A stretch of DNA of 64,000 nt from an uncultured Chloroflexia bacterium (GTDB lineage: Bacteria > Chloroflexota > Limnocylindria > Limnocylindrales > CSP1-4). The notes beneath the pieces were generated by a model, which was not told the origin of the DNA, did no database searches, and saw only the letters and a list, made by a program, of their open reading frames with translations. Below, piece after piece: positions 9,165 through 19,990 of this stretch. The stretch's first letter is position 1. Each line of letters starts with the position of its first letter. Where the stretch lies: positions 192,001 to 256,000 of the forward strand of contig CAVYBU010000003.1 of NCBI GenBank assembly GCA_963766735.1, given 5' to 3'. A program made the position numbers and the translations under genes.

Positions 9165-11096
9165 CTAGCTGTCCGAGAGCGGATCCGGCTCCGGCACGAG
9201 CTGCGTGCGACGCCTCTCCGCGTACTCCGGGATGCGGATCATCGGCGGGCGCTCGTTGTCGGCCACCTCCTGGACCTCCAGCGAGAGGCGGCCACGCCCG
9301 GAGCGAGGCAGCTTCATCGTGGAGCCCAGCTCTGCGAACAGGCGCACGCGGCGACGCTCCTCCAGCCGCTTCATGACCGCCTGGAGGATCACGAACGACA
9401 TCCGCGACAGGCCCTCGAGCTCCTGGTTCCGGTGGATCCGGCGCTCCAGGTCCACCTGTCCCAGCCCGGCCAGGCCGACGCGCTCGGCGGCATCGATCAG
9501 GTGGCCCATCTCGACCGCGTACCCGGTGAAGAACGGGATCTGCTCCAGCAGGGATCGCCGTCCCGCGTACTCGCCGGCAAGCGGCTGGATCACCCCGGAC
9601 AGTTCCGGGAAGAACAGGTTGATGAGCGGCCGCGCGACCAGTTCCGTGACGCGTCCGCCGCCGCCCTCCTTGAGGACGCCACGCTCGACGATCGGGCGCT
9701 GGTAGTAGCCCTTCACATACTGGAGCCGCGGTTCCACCAGGAGGGGTCCGAGCGTCCCGTACACCATCCGGTGATGCCAGTTGCGCACGTCGGTGTCCGC
9801 CCAGACCACGATGTCGCCGGACGTCTCGAAGAGGGACTTCCAGAGCGCCTCGCCCTTGCCCTGATAGGAGCCGTACCGGGCGAGGACGTCAGGGTGCTGA
9901 ACCACGCGCGCGCCCTCGGCCTCGGCGATGGCGCGGGTGTCGTCGGAGGAGGCGGAGTCGATGACGAGGATCTCGTCCAGCAGCGGGTACCGCTCCTGCA
10001 TCTCGCGGATGGCCCGGCGGACGATGGGGCCGATCGTCTCGGCCTCGTCGAGGGTCGGCAGCACGAGGCTGATCGTGATGCCCTGCTTCTCCTTGAGCGC
10101 CGTCAGGCGGGCCAGGTCAGCAAATTCGCTGTGGTGGAAGTTGGCCTCAGCGAACCAGCGCTCGACGCGGGCGGGGATGGCCCGCGATTCCTCGGCGGCG
10201 CGGTCGGCCGCGGCGAGGGTCTCGGCGCGCTGGGCCAGCTGCTCGAACGTCTGGCGTCCGATCGACTCCCTCGTCTTGACGACGATGACCGTCGACTTCG
10301 CGCGCTGGGCAATGGCCTCCGGCAGGGCCCCGAACAGCGATGTGCCCGGCTCACCCGGTGGTGCCGACGCGCCCATGACCACCAGGTCCGCGTCGTCCGC
10401 CTCGCGGAGGATCGCGGTCCGGACGTTCCGGGTCTCGCGCAGGATCGGCTCGGAGCGGGCGGTCACGTGCTGGCGGGCGAACGCGGCGAGCGCGTGCTCC
10501 GCCTGGGCGCGGACGGGTTCGGTCACGCCAGCCGGCACCAGGTGCATGACAACGACCGTGGCACCGTGCCGGTTCGCCAGGGCGTCCGCGAACCGCAGCG
10601 CCAGCTCCGCGTGGGGGCCGCCCCGGACGGGCACCAGGATCCGGCGGATCTGCCCGGCTCCCCGCTGCTTGACGACGGCGACGTCGCACGGGGACTCGCG
10701 GACCACCTCGTCGATGGTTGGCGAGATGGCCGGCGTGCCGCTCTCCCGGCCGGATCCGGACTTGCCGCCCCAGCCGAAGATCATGAGGTCGGCTTCCTGC
10801 TCGGCCGCCGCCTCCACGATCCCCGCGGACGCGTGGCGCCCGATCCGCACCAGGGGGTGGATGATGGTCCCCTCGGGGACGTAGTCCAGGACCTTCTGAA
10901 GGAGGCGGCGCGCCTGCCGCGCCCGCGTGGCGCCCTCGGAGAGCGGCATCCCCTCCGGCACCTCCACGATGCCGAGCGCCGTGAGTTCGCCGGTCTTCGA
11001 TTCCAGCAGGGACGCGCCGATCCGGATCAGCTCCTCCGCGGTGAGCGGGTTGGCGACCGGGATGAGGATTCGTGCCGGCAGCGGCGGACCGCTCAT
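9165..11096 (-). CDS. gpgS: Glucosyl-3-phosphoglycerate synthase fused to two N-terminal USP domains
   Basis: N-terminal ARILIPVANP..ESPCDVAVVK and RRILVPVRGGPH (USP); C-terminal SLVLPTLDE, GKGEALWKSL, WADTD, GGRVTELVARP, QPLAGEYAGRR (GpgS). Confidence 0.88.
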   Translation of the reverse strand: MSGPPLPARILIPVANPLTAEELIRIGASLLESKTGELTALGIVEVPEGMPLSEGATRARQARRLLQKVLDYVPEGTIIHPLVRIGRHASAGIVEAAAEQEADLMIFGWGGKSGSGRESGTPAISPTIDEVVRESPCDVAVVKQRGAGQIRRILVPVRGGPHAELALRFADALANRHGATVVVMHLVPAGVTEPVRAQAEHALAAFARQHVTARSEPILRETRNVRTAILREADDADLVVMGASAPPGEPGTSLFGALPEAIAQRAKSTVIVVKTRESIGRQTFEQLAQRAETLAAADRAAEESRAIPARVERWFAEANFHHSEFADLARLTALKEKQGITISLVLPTLDEAETIGPIVRRAIREMQERYPLLDEILVIDSASSDDTRAIAEAEGARVVQHPDVLARYGSYQGKGEALWKSLFETSGDIVVWADTDVRNWHHRMVYGTLGPLLVEPRLQYVKGYYQRPIVERGVLKEGGGGRVTELVARPLINLFFPELSGVIQPLAGEYAGRRSLLEQIPFFTGYAVEMGHLIDAAERVGLAGLGQVDLERRIHRNQELEGLSRMSFVILQAVMKRLEERRRVRLFAELGSTMKLPRSGRGRLSLEVQEVADNERPPMIRIPEYAERRRTQLVPEPDPLSDS

Positions 11097-12499
11097 TGGA
11101 GCTTCTCCTCGTGCGCTGCCGTCTCCTCGGCCACGAGCGCGGCCCATCGCTCCACGAGATACGGCTTGAGCAGCTCGAACTCGCGTGCCTGGTGCTCCAC
11201 ACGCTCCTCGGCGTCGGTCGTCGTCAGGTTGCGGTTCTCGATCACGAAGCTGCCGACGCGGCCGAAGTAGATCGGAACGAGCGCCGCCACGAGCTGCGCG
11301 GTGCCAAGGATCCCGCGCCGCGTCGCGAGCACCAGGTCGTAGACCACCCGCGCCCACAGGTCGTCGGGGAAGTGGAAGCTCGCCAGCGCCTCGGCCATCT
11401 CCAGCGTGCTCGGATGCGCCGTGGCGCCCTCGCCGCCCAGACCCAGGCGCCGCGAGGCCAGGTCGACCAGCGTGCCGGCCTCCTCCGCCAGCGCCAGCAC
11501 GGCCTCCGCGTTCAGCGGGTCCAGCATGCGCCGCCAGGTATCGGCCAGGACAAGTGAGCCGGCCTCCAGCTCCGAGAGCAGGCGGATCGCGTTCACCTCG
11601 AGCGGCGGCGGATCGATGATCCGCTCGAAGCCGTAGGCGGGCACCTCGTGGCTGCCGCGCACGTGGAACCACGAGTCGGGGTGGTCGGAGGCGAGGCGCA
11701 GGATCGTGCCCACCACCTGGCGGAACATCGGCCCCAGGTCGGAGCCCGGGTCCTTGGGATCGTGGATCTTTGCCCCGAGCCGCGCCTGGCAGACCGCATA
11801 GCCTCCGGTGAGGGCGGACGTGGTCATCCAGATGTCGATGCCGAACTTGCTGATGTCCTCGGTCCAGTCATCCAGCTCGAGGTAGTGACGGACGAGGTCC
11901 CCGCTGACGCCGAAGTCACCGCCGATCGGCTGGCGGATACGGTGTCCATAGAGGGCGCGGGTCAGCGGATACGTGACCGTGTTGGTGATCGTGCCGTCGT
12001 ACTTGTAGCGGGCGTAGAGCGGGGTGACGTAGTCGTAGCCGCCCTTGAGGATCGGGCCGGCCAGCAACTCGATCCACTCGGGGACGATGCTGCGCAGGTC
12101 GCTATCAACCACGACCAGCGCCTTGACCTCCAGCGCGGCCGCGATCTCGAAGATCGTCCTGAGCGCGGCGCCCTTGCCGCCGACCCCGCCGATCTCCGGG
12201 TAGGTGAGCGTGACGCGGTCGAGGCGGTTGACCGGCCGGACGAGGAGGATCGACTCCACGTAGTCGGGCGGCTCCGTCTCGATGACGACGCGCTGGGTGC
12301 CGTCGGACGAGCCTGCGTCCGAGTTCACCAGAACCGGCTTGAGATCCGGGAAGTACTGGACCAGCCCTGCGTGCGCCGCGCGGACCACGTAGCCGATGGT
12401 CGCGGCGTTCTTGAAGCTCGGGATGCCGACCATGATGTCGGCACGGCCGAGGCGGGCGATCTCGTTCCGGATTGCGGGCGTCAGGGTGGATTCGGGCAC
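11093..12499 (-). CDS. Glucosylglycerate synthase-like glycosyltransferase (Ggs/Mgs family)
   Basis: DIMVGIPSFKN, NSDAGSSDGT, GKGAALR, VDSDLRSI, RYKYDGTITN, RQPIGGDFG, FGIDIWMT. Confidence 0.8.
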   Translation of the reverse strand: MPESTLTPAIRNEIARLGRADIMVGIPSFKNAATIGYVVRAAHAGLVQYFPDLKPVLVNSDAGSSDGTQRVVIETEPPDYVESILLVRPVNRLDRVTLTYPEIGGVGGKGAALRTIFEIAAALEVKALVVVDSDLRSIVPEWIELLAGPILKGGYDYVTPLYARYKYDGTITNTVTYPLTRALYGHRIRQPIGGDFGVSGDLVRHYLELDDWTEDISKFGIDIWMTTSALTGGYAVCQARLGAKIHDPKDPGSDLGPMFRQVVGTILRLASDHPDSWFHVRGSHEVPAYGFERIIDPPPLEVNAIRLLSELEAGSLVLADTWRRMLDPLNAEAVLALAEEAGTLVDLASRRLGLGGEGATAHPSTLEMAEALASFHFPDDLWARVVYDLVLATRRGILGTAQLVAALVPIYFGRVGSFVIENRNLTTTDAEERVEHQAREFELLKPYLVERWAALVAEETAAHEEKLQ

Positions 12500-12680
12500 A
12501 CCGCGACCCTACCACCATCGGGAAGGCCCGGCCCGTTGCACCCCCGATGCGAAGTGCCGGCCCAGCGCGTCGCGCGCCTCCGTGCCGAACCGCCCGATCC
12601 AGGGCCCGTCTACCGCCTATGATCCCGCGCATCGCGGGCCGGCTCCGGACCCGGGGATATCCGAACGTGAGGCACTGCTG

Positions 12681-14037
12681 ATGGCGGCGATCCCGCAGGC
12701 CGATCCCAACCTCAGGAAGGTCGCCCAGGGCTCCTGGACGCTCTACGACTTTGCGAACACCATCTTCTCGTTCGCGGTCGTGTCCGGCGCGATCGGGCTG
12801 TACCTGATCAAGGACAGCCAGTTCGGCGAGCGTGACGGCAACGTCGCGCTGTCGATCGCGATCGTCATCAGCGTCGGGATCAACGCGCTGGTGTCGCCGA
12901 TCCTGGGGGCATTCTCCGATCGCGGCGGGCGGCGGATGCCGTTCCTCCTGTTCTTCACCGCCCTGTGCATCGGCGGCACGTTCTTCATCGCGGACGTGCC
13001 GCCGATCGTCGGCCTCGATCCTGTTCATCGTCGCCAACTTCGCCTACCAGGCAGCCCTCATCTACTACGACGCGACCCTGAAGACCGTGAGCACGCCGAG
13101 CACCCGCGGCAGGCTGTCGGGTATCGGGACCGGGATCGGCTACTGCGGGACGGTCTTCGTGGGGTTGCTCATCTTCTTCCTGGACATCCCGGTCGAGGAC
13201 CGCTTCCGGTGGACCGCAATCCTGTTCCTGGTGTTCGCCATCCCGATCTTCCTGTTCGTGAAGGAGCCTCACCGGCCGGACGAGCAGCCGCTGACCCGCG
13301 CCGACGTTGCCGACTCCTTCGGCCAGCTCAAGCGCTCGATCGCGGACGCGCGCGAGGTGCCGGGCCTGTGGCGGTTCCTGATCGGGCGCTTCTTCTACTC
13401 GGACGCGGTCAACACGGTCATCGTCGTCATGAGCGTCGTGGTCGTGAAGACGATGGGCCTGACCGATGCCAACGCCAACATGGTGCTGCTGATGCTCACG
13501 TTCGTCGCGATCGGAATGAGCTTCGTGTGGGGCTGGCTGGCCGACCGAAAAGGCCCGAAGCGGACGCTTGTCTGGGTGCTCATCTCGTGGGCGATCGGCC
13601 TCGTGCTCGGCGGCGTCGCGATCGGTTTCGGCAAGGACGGGCTGGTGCCATTCCTCATCGCGGGGGCCATTCTCGGCAGCGGGCTGGGCGGGGTGCAGGT
13701 CGCGGACCGGGTCCTGATGGTCCGCCTGTCGCCCCCCGACAAGATCGGTGAGTTCTTCGGGATCTACGGGCTGGTCGGCAAGGGGTCGCAGGTCATCGGG
13801 CAATTGGTGTACGGGGCGCTCATCTTCCTGCTGGTGGACACCATCGGCAACGGCGCCTACCAGGTCGCCGTCCTGAGCCTCCTGGTCACGATGCTGATCG
13901 GCCTGTGGCTGGTCTGGCCGGTGAGCGACCGCTGGGCGGGCTCGGGCGAGGTGGACGGCGGCGAGGGCGGCGGTGCCTCGGGCGCGCCCCCTCCGCGCCT
14001 GGCACCGGACCGCGCCCCGCTGGAGGACCGGGGCTAG
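12681..14037 (+). CDS. MFS transporter (UMF1/Atg22-like), single frameshift near 13015
   Basis: SWTLYDFANT, SPILGAFSDRGGRR, then frame change to ILFIVANFAYQ..GEFFGIYGLVGK. Confidence 0.82.
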
Positions 14038-15050
14038 TCTCCGTAGCCGTCCGGGTGTGCTCGGCGCCACGCCCAGGCTGACGAGAGCATCTCGTTCAGG
14101 GTGGAGCGCCGTGGCTGCCAGCCAAGGATCTCGGCCGCCCGCGCGTTGGACGCGACCAGAACCGGCGGGTCTCCGGCCCGGCGTGGGCCGACGGTGTGTG
14201 GGATCGGCCGGCCGACGACCATCTCCGCGGCCTGGAGGACATCGCGAACCGAGAAGCCGCTGGCCGTGCCCAGGTTGCAGATGAGCGGCGATGCGGGCGC
14301 GCCGCCGCCGACGGGACCGGTCCGCGGATCGTCGGGCGCCGTCGCCTCCAGGGCCGCGAGGTGGGCATCAGCCAGGTCCGATACGTGTATGTAGTCGCGG
14401 ATCGGGGTGCCGTCCGGGGTGGGGTAGTCCTCGCCGAACAGCGTCAGTGCGGGCCCACCATCTGCCGCACGCAGCATGTTGGGGATCAGGTGCGTCTCGG
14501 GCCGGTGGATCTCGCCCAGGCGCCCCGTGGCCCCCGCCACGTTGAAGTAGCGCAGGATCACGGACCGGAACCCGTACGCACCTCCATACCAGTGGAGCGC
14601 GCCCTCGAACGTGCGCTTGGTCTCGCCGTAGGTGTTGATCGGGCGAAGGGCCGCGTCCTCGGGGATGGGTGTGGACTCCGGGGTGCCGTAGACGGCGGCG
14701 GTGGACGAGAAGACGATGCGCCGCACGCCGGCCGCCCGGGCTGCCTCCAGGAGAGCCACGCCACCGGCGACGTTGTCGCGGTAGTACCTGGCCGGGTCCT
14801 GCACGCTCTCCCCGACGAGGGAACGGGCGGCGCAATGGAGGATCGCGTCCACGCCTTCCGTCTCCAGCAGGGTTCGGGTGGCGGCATCGTCTCCATACGA
14901 GCCTGTCACCAGGCGGGCGGCAGGGTTGACGATCGCGGCGTGGCCGGTGGACAGGTCGTCCAGGACGACGACGTCGTGGCCGGCGGCGAGGATGGCGTCC
15001 ACGGAGACTCCGCCGACGTAGCCGGCGCCGCCGGTGACCAGGATCTTCAA
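14034..15050 (-). CDS. galE: UDP-glucose 4-epimerase
   Basis: [44 protein letters not shown]. Confidence 0.93.
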   Translation of the reverse strand: MKILVTGGAGYVGGVSVDAILAAGHDVVVLDDLSTGHAAIVNPAARLVTGSYGDDAATRTLLETEGVDAILHCAARSLVGESVQDPARYYRDNVAGGVALLEAARAAGVRRIVFSSTAAVYGTPESTPIPEDAALRPINTYGETKRTFEGALHWYGGAYGFRSVILRYFNVAGATGRLGEIHRPETHLIPNMLRAADGGPALTLFGEDYPTPDGTPIRDYIHVSDLADAHLAALEATAPDDPRTGPVGGGAPASPLICNLGTASGFSVRDVLQAAEMVVGRPIPHTVGPRRAGDPPVLVASNARAAEILGWQPRRSTLNEMLSSAWAWRRAHPDGYGD

Positions 15051-15538
15051 GGGCTTCTCCTTCGAAACAGGCGGTCGAGGACGCCGCGGCCGGGCGTCGG
15101 GAGTTCGGCGTCGGTTGTCTCGGCTGCGGTCGTCTCGGCTGCGGTTGTCACGGCGTCGGTTGCCGCCCCCTCGGGATCGGCCCCGCCGGGATCAGCCTCC
15201 TCGGGGTCGGCTCCCTCGGGAGCAGCATCGACCGTCCTGGCGTCATGGATCGACCGGTCGGCCGTCGGGGGCAGCGCCTCACCGCGGTAGGTGAGCACCT
15301 CCTCCAGGCGGACGGCCAGCCGGGATGCCGCCACGTTCTCCGGGTCGATCGCGAGGGCACGCCGCGCCTCCCGGAGCGCGCCGGCGTCGTCCGCTCGTTC
15401 GAGCGCCACCCGCGCCAGCCCGACGACCGCGATGGAGTTCCGCGGGTCGGCATCTGACGCCTGCCGGTACAGCCGCTCGGCCTGGTCCACCATTCCCATC
15501 GTCAGGGCCCGCTCCGCCTGGAGCAGCAGCTCGATCAC
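15047..15538 (-). CDS. TPR-repeat protein with acidic low-complexity tail
   Basis: [26 protein letters not shown]; GTG start overlapping the cca stop. Confidence 0.75.
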   Translation of the reverse strand: MIELLLQAERALTMGMVDQAERLYRQASDADPRNSIAVVGLARVALERADDAGALREARRALAIDPENVAASRLAVRLEEVLTYRGEALPPTADRSIHDARTVDAAPEGADPEEADPGGADPEGAATDAVTTAAETTAAETTDAELPTPGRGVLDRLFRRRSP

Positions 15539-16941
15539 TCGTCCCCCGTGTCCGTATACATGTCCGCAAGCATGCCCTGCGCGAGGAGCAGGAGCGAGCC
15601 GCGCTCGTTGAGGGCAGGGTCCGCGATCACCGCGTCCACCAGCGCGTCGATGACCCGGCCGAGACGAGGTCCGGGGACGAGATCCAGCTCGCGGATGAGG
15701 TCCTTGCCGTCGATCGCCAGGGCGTAGCGGTCCAGCGCGGCCTCCGCCGCGAGCTCCGCGTCGATGCGGACCCGGAACGCGGTGATGTCCGGATCGTCCG
15801 GGGCCATCCCGCTGCCGATGTCGTCGGCCCGGCGGAGGGCGAACAGCGCGTCGAGGTCCGCCTTGCCGATCCGCTTGATGAACCGGCGGACGGCGGCGTC
15901 TGTCGCATGCGGGTCCACGGTGAACATGTGGTGACGGACGAGATGGGTGACCTCCTCGGCCGCCGTGCGCGGGAAGCGGAGGCGGCGGAGCAGCTCGCCC
16001 GCGAGGCGCGCGCCCACCACGTCGTGGTGGTGGAAGTGCCCGTCCGAGAGGGTGGCGGGCTTGCCGATGTCGTGGACAAGGGCAGCGATGCGGACGACAG
16101 GCCGGTCCGCGGGGCTTGCGTCCACCGTCCGCAGCGTGTGGTCCCACAGGTCCTCCCCCGGGACCTTGTTCTGGGAGATGCCCCGCTGGGCCGCCAGCTC
16201 CGTCGAGATCACCGCCAGCAGGCCGGTCTCCTCCGCCAGGCGCAGCCCGATGGACGGCTGCGGGGCCGCCAGCAGCTTGGCCAGCTCCGCGCCCACCCGC
16301 TCACCCGAGAGGTGTCCCGCGAGCGCGGCGCTGCGCGCAATGGATGCCAGGGTCGCAGCGTCTATCGCAAAGCCCAGGGTGGCCGCGAGCCGCACGGCCC
16401 GGACCATGCGCAGGGCGTCCTCCCCGAACCGCGCGTCCGGGTCACCCACCGCGCGGAGCCGGCCGGCAGCCAGGTCCGCCAGGCCTCCGAACGGGTCCAC
16501 GAGGGTGTTGGGACCCTCCTCGCCGACGGCGCGGCCCCAGGCCATCGCGTTCACGGTGAAGTCGCGCCGGGCGAGGTCCGTCTCGATCTGGTCGCCGAAC
16601 TCCACCCGGTGCGGGCGCCGGAAATCGGCGTAGTCGTGCTCCGTGCGGAAGGTCGTGATCTCGAACACGTCCTCGTCGCGGCGGACGGCGACGGTGCCGA
16701 AGCGGTTCTCGTAGACGGCGCCCGGGAACAGGGTGACCAGGCGGTCTGGACGAGCGTCGGTGGCCATGTCCCAGTCAGCCGGCGTCCGGCCGAGCAGGGC
16801 GTCCCTCAGGCTGCCGCCGACGATGAAGGCGGCGTGCCCCGCATCGTGGAGGATGCCGAGGACGGCAAGGGCGGGTTCCGGAACCGCGGCGGCGAGGCGT
16901 GCCGAGGCATCGGCCCGCGCACCGGGATCCGGGGAGGCCAC
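15535..16941 (-). CDS. CCA-adding tRNA nucleotidyltransferase / poly(A) polymerase family with HD domain
   Basis: [47 protein letters not shown]. Confidence 0.9.
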   Translation of the reverse strand: MASPDPGARADASARLAAAVPEPALAVLGILHDAGHAAFIVGGSLRDALLGRTPADWDMATDARPDRLVTLFPGAVYENRFGTVAVRRDEDVFEITTFRTEHDYADFRRPHRVEFGDQIETDLARRDFTVNAMAWGRAVGEEGPNTLVDPFGGLADLAAGRLRAVGDPDARFGEDALRMVRAVRLAATLGFAIDAATLASIARSAALAGHLSGERVGAELAKLLAAPQPSIGLRLAEETGLLAVISTELAAQRGISQNKVPGEDLWDHTLRTVDASPADRPVVRIAALVHDIGKPATLSDGHFHHHDVVGARLAGELLRRLRFPRTAAEEVTHLVRHHMFTVDPHATDAAVRRFIKRIGKADLDALFALRRADDIGSGMAPDDPDITAFRVRIDAELAAEAALDRYALAIDGKDLIRELDLVPGPRLGRVIDALVDAVIADPALNERGSLLLLAQGMLADMYTDTGDE

Positions 16942-16945
16942 GCGG

Positions 16946-17461
16946 CTAGTTCCGACCGAGGAAGAGGTAGGTCCGCCAGGCCTCGTTCCGGTCGTCCTCG
17001 AGGTATGGGGTGAACAGCGAATACACGTCGCTGCGGGGCTCGAACGGCGGGCGCCGGAGCCGGAGGCGCGCCTCGTCCGGCGTCTGGCCGCCCTTCCGGT
17101 GGTTGCAGGTCTTGCAGGCGGCGACGAGGTTCTCCCAGGTGTGGGACCCGCCGCGGTGGCGCGGGACCACGTGGTCCAGCGTGAGGTCGTGCGCCACCCT
17201 CCCGCAGTACTGGCAGGTGTGGCGGTCGCGGGCGAAGACCTCGCGCCGGGTCAGCTTCACGCGCGGCCGCGGCCGGCGGATATGGTGCTGGAGGCGGATC
17301 ACCGATGGAGCCCGGTAGACGGTCCGAACCGTCCGGATCTCGGCATGGTCGTACTCGATGACCTCGGCCTTGGAGCCGAAGACCAGCCGAAACGCCCGCG
17401 GGATGTTGCAGACGTTCAGCGGCTCGTAGTTCTGGTTCAGCACGAGCACGACGCCGTCCAT
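16946..17461 (-). CDS. HNH endonuclease
   Basis: VLVLNQNYEPL, RDRHTCQYCG, TLDHVVPRHRGG, WENLVAACKTCNHRKG; leaderless TATCGT-N7-ATG. Confidence 0.92.
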   Translation of the reverse strand: MDGVVLVLNQNYEPLNVCNIPRAFRLVFGSKAEVIEYDHAEIRTVRTVYRAPSVIRLQHHIRRPRPRVKLTRREVFARDRHTCQYCGRVAHDLTLDHVVPRHRGGSHTWENLVAACKTCNHRKGGQTPDEARLRLRRPPFEPRSDVYSLFTPYLEDDRNEAWRTYLFLGRN

Positions 17462-17572
17462 CGCGCGAACGATAACAGCGCTCTCGGTCGCGCGCCCCGT
17501 CGGGGCTGAGGTCGCTTCCGATGACCCTCCCGGGTCTGCCGGAGTGCCATACCGGCCCGTCAGACCAGCCCG

Positions 17573-17773
17573 TCAGATGAGAGGCGGATCCATGTCCCGT
17601 TCGATGCGGGCGATCTCGATCTCGAGGCGGCCGACCTCGGCGGAGGCGTGCTCCCACTCCTCGCCGCCGGGCTCGGCAGCGTTGCGGCGATGGCGTGCCT
17701 CGGCGTGCTGGACGAGGATCTCTTCGCGGGTCGTGGCCTGGGCGATGGCGCCTGGCTTCTCGGGTGCGGACAT
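17573..17773 (-). CDS. Small hypothetical protein (66 aa)
   Basis: GGAGG RBS before ATG; helical charged sequence MSAPEKPG..EIEIARIERDMDPPLI. Confidence 0.55.
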   Translation of the reverse strand: MSAPEKPGAIAQATTREEILVQHAEARHRRNAAEPGGEEWEHASAEVGRLEIEIARIERDMDPPLI

Positions 17774-17995
17774 GGTTCCTCCGGGCGGTTCTGTCGAAGG
17801 GTAGCGCGCCGTCGGGGCCGCCGGGTGGGTGGCGAGGCGTCGACAACCGCGTCTGCCGTACGCGTGCCGCACGCCGCCGTTGAGTCGCGCGCGTTCAGGA
17901 TAGAGGCGCGCATGGCTCTGGAGCGGCCGTCGGTCGGCGACAGGGCAGGGCGATCCGGTCTTGCGCCTGGGAGCCGGAGGCAGCAGATTGGGGAC

Positions 17996-18628
17996 ATGAC
18001 AGCACCCTTCACGCACAAGGCCCGACCCCGGGTCTACCTGATTCGCCATGGCGAGACCGACTGGAACGCCCAGGGCAGACTCCTGTCGAGGACCGACGCG
18101 CCGCTCAATGGCGTCGGCGAGGCGCAGGCTGCGGCCGTGGCGGTCGAGCTGGCCGACCTGCGCTGGGACCGTGCGTTCACCTCGCCCCTGGTCCGCGCCC
18201 ACCGGACCGCCGAGGTGGTCCTGGCCGGACGGGCGGATGCACCCCGGCTGACGGTGGACGAGCGCCTCGTCGAGATGGACTTCGGGCCGTACGAGGGCTG
18301 GACGGACGCGGAGCTTGAGGCGGACGCGGTAGCCGTGACGCGACGCCGGGACGGCGCCGAGCTCCAGGGGGTGGAGACCGAGGCCGCTGTCGAAGCCCGC
18401 GTGCGGTCGTTCTACGAGGAGCTCATCGGGCTGCCGGGGCGCACGCTCGTGGTGGGGCATGGACGAGCCCTCCGCATCCTGATCGCCGCGTGCGTGCTGG
18501 GCGTGCCTGCCTCGGTGGCCGCGAACCTGCGAATGCGCAACTGCCGGCCAGCGATCGTGGAGCCCGGCGCGCCGTCGCTGTTGCTCGGGTTCAACATGGG
18601 CGCACCGGCGATCGACTTCACTCGTTGA
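17996..18628 (+). CDS. Histidine phosphatase (phosphoglycerate mutase family)
   Basis: LIRHGETDWN, SPLVRA, EMDFGPYEG, VVGHG. Confidence 0.9.
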   Translation: MTAPFTHKARPRVYLIRHGETDWNAQGRLLSRTDAPLNGVGEAQAAAVAVELADLRWDRAFTSPLVRAHRTAEVVLAGRADAPRLTVDERLVEMDFGPYEGWTDAELEADAVAVTRRRDGAELQGVETEAAVEARVRSFYEELIGLPGRTLVVGHGRALRILIAACVLGVPASVAANLRMRNCRPAIVEPGAPSLLLGFNMGAPAIDFTR

Positions 18629-18665
18629 GGCGCCGGCTGGTCGTGCGGCGGCATCTGACCGGCGC

Positions 18666-19046
18666 TCAGCCCTGCTTGGCGGCCGTCCTCGTCCGGCGTG
18701 TCCGCGGCTTCGTCCGGGCGGTGGCCGGCTCAACCTTTGGTTTCGGCTGCGCCCCTGGCTTCGGTCCCGCGTGCGCCGCCGGCCCATCCACCGCATCCAC
18801 GATCCCAACCACGACCGCGCGCAAGGGCCCGTACGGCGCCCCGACGATCTGGCGTGCGGACGTGCCTTCGTCCAGGATCAGAACCAGCTCGCCCGCTCCG
18901 GCCCCCACCGTGTCCACGGCGATCAGGTAGCCACCGGAGTCCTCACCGGACGGTTCCACCAGGTCGCACAGCAGCAGCGTCCGGTCTTCGAAGATCGGGG
19001 AGTTGATCGTGGACACGACGGTGGCCACCACCCGCGCCAGCTTCAC
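18666..19046 (-). CDS. BMC pentamer vertex protein (EutN/CcmL) with basic C-terminal tail
   Basis: MKLARVVATVVST, AVDTVGAGAGELVL, VVGIVD. Confidence 0.9.
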   Translation of the reverse strand: MKLARVVATVVSTINSPIFEDRTLLLCDLVEPSGEDSGGYLIAVDTVGAGAGELVLILDEGTSARQIVGAPYGPLRAVVVGIVDAVDGPAAHAGPKPGAQPKPKVEPATARTKPRTRRTRTAAKQG

Positions 19047-19327
19047 CGCCTGCCTCCGCGGATCGACTCGACGGCGTCCACGATCCCCACGATCGCGTGG
19101 TCCACCGGCGCGAAGCGGTCCTCCATCGCCTCCGCCGCCTCGCGGGATCCGACGATGTACACCAGCTCTCCGGGTCCCGCCATGTGCACCGCATCGGCCG
19201 CCACGACCGGCTGTCCGATTGGCGCCAGCTTCCGGGTGAGCGGCTGCACGATCAGCAGCCGGACGCCCTCGAGCGAGGGCGACTTGACCGTTGCCACGAC
19301 GGTCCCGATCACGCGTGCGAGCTGCAT
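19043..19327 (-). CDS. BMC pentamer vertex protein (EutN/CcmL)
   Basis: MQLARVIGTVVATVK, AGPGELV, PVDHAIVGIVD. Confidence 0.92.
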   Translation of the reverse strand: MQLARVIGTVVATVKSPSLEGVRLLIVQPLTRKLAPIGQPVVAADAVHMAGPGELVYIVGSREAAEAMEDRFAPVDHAIVGIVDAVESIRGGRR

Positions 19328-19330
19328 CGG

Positions 19331-19990
19331 CTACGCCCCTGTGCCCTTGACCCGGGCGCGGAACCGCGGGTCCGCCTCGAGCTCCTGGCGCATCTCCCCG
19401 TGGAGCTGCGCAATCACCCTCCAGGTCGGCATCCGCGTGCCGGGCAGGGCTCCCGCAGCCACGTCCGTGACCCGCTCGCAGGCGATGGCCACCGCTGCCT
19501 CAACCTCCGACACCGCGCCGTCGAACAGCAGGTAGCCCTTGCCGCCGATGCCGTCACCCAGGCGCAGGTCCAGCAGCCGCACCCGTGCGCCCTTCACGCC
19601 CGCGTCGGCAGCGCAGATCACCGAGGCCACGGTCTCGGTCTCGATGATGCCGAGCGCCTCGCCCGTGCCAACGAGCCGTTCCCCGCGAAGCGCCGCGACG
19701 ACCTGGTCGTGGACGTTGGGCAGGAACACCGTGTCCAGGAGGCACGGCCCGCCGACCTCGCGACCCGCCGCGAACGCCTCCTCCACGTCGCCCACGGCCC
19801 CGCCCACCAGCACCAGGTAGCGACCCGGGTGGATCGTCCCGCTGCGGAGCACGTCGATCGGGGCGCGCTTGGCCATGGCATCGCCCGCCTCGATCCCGAC
19901 CGCGATGGAGTCGAACTCCAGCAGGGCGATCGCGGGCTGCAGCGGGTCGCGCGCGGGCAAGTCATTCGGATCGCGCGCGGGACGGGCCAT
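19331..19990 (-). CDS. Tandem-domain BMC shell protein (PduT-like BMC-T)
   Basis: ALLEFDSIAVGIEAGDAMAK, HPGRYLVLVGG, ALGIIET, AADAGVK, GIGGKG. Confidence 0.88.
   Translation of the reverse strand: MARPARDPNDLPARDPLQPAIALLEFDSIAVGIEAGDAMAKRAPIDVLRSGTIHPGRYLVLVGGAVGDVEEAFAAGREVGGPCLLDTVFLPNVHDQVVAALRGERLVGTGEALGIIETETVASVICAADAGVKGARVRLLDLRLGDGIGGKGYLLFDGAVSEVEAAVAIACERVTDVAAGALPGTRMPTWRVIAQLHGEMRQELEADPRFRARVKGTGA

Noticed and set aside
16946-17461. HNH nuclease as a defence system or homing element
   Set aside because: It resembles the common standalone chromosomal HNH family and sits in a housekeeping run with cca and galE, with no methylase or intron context.
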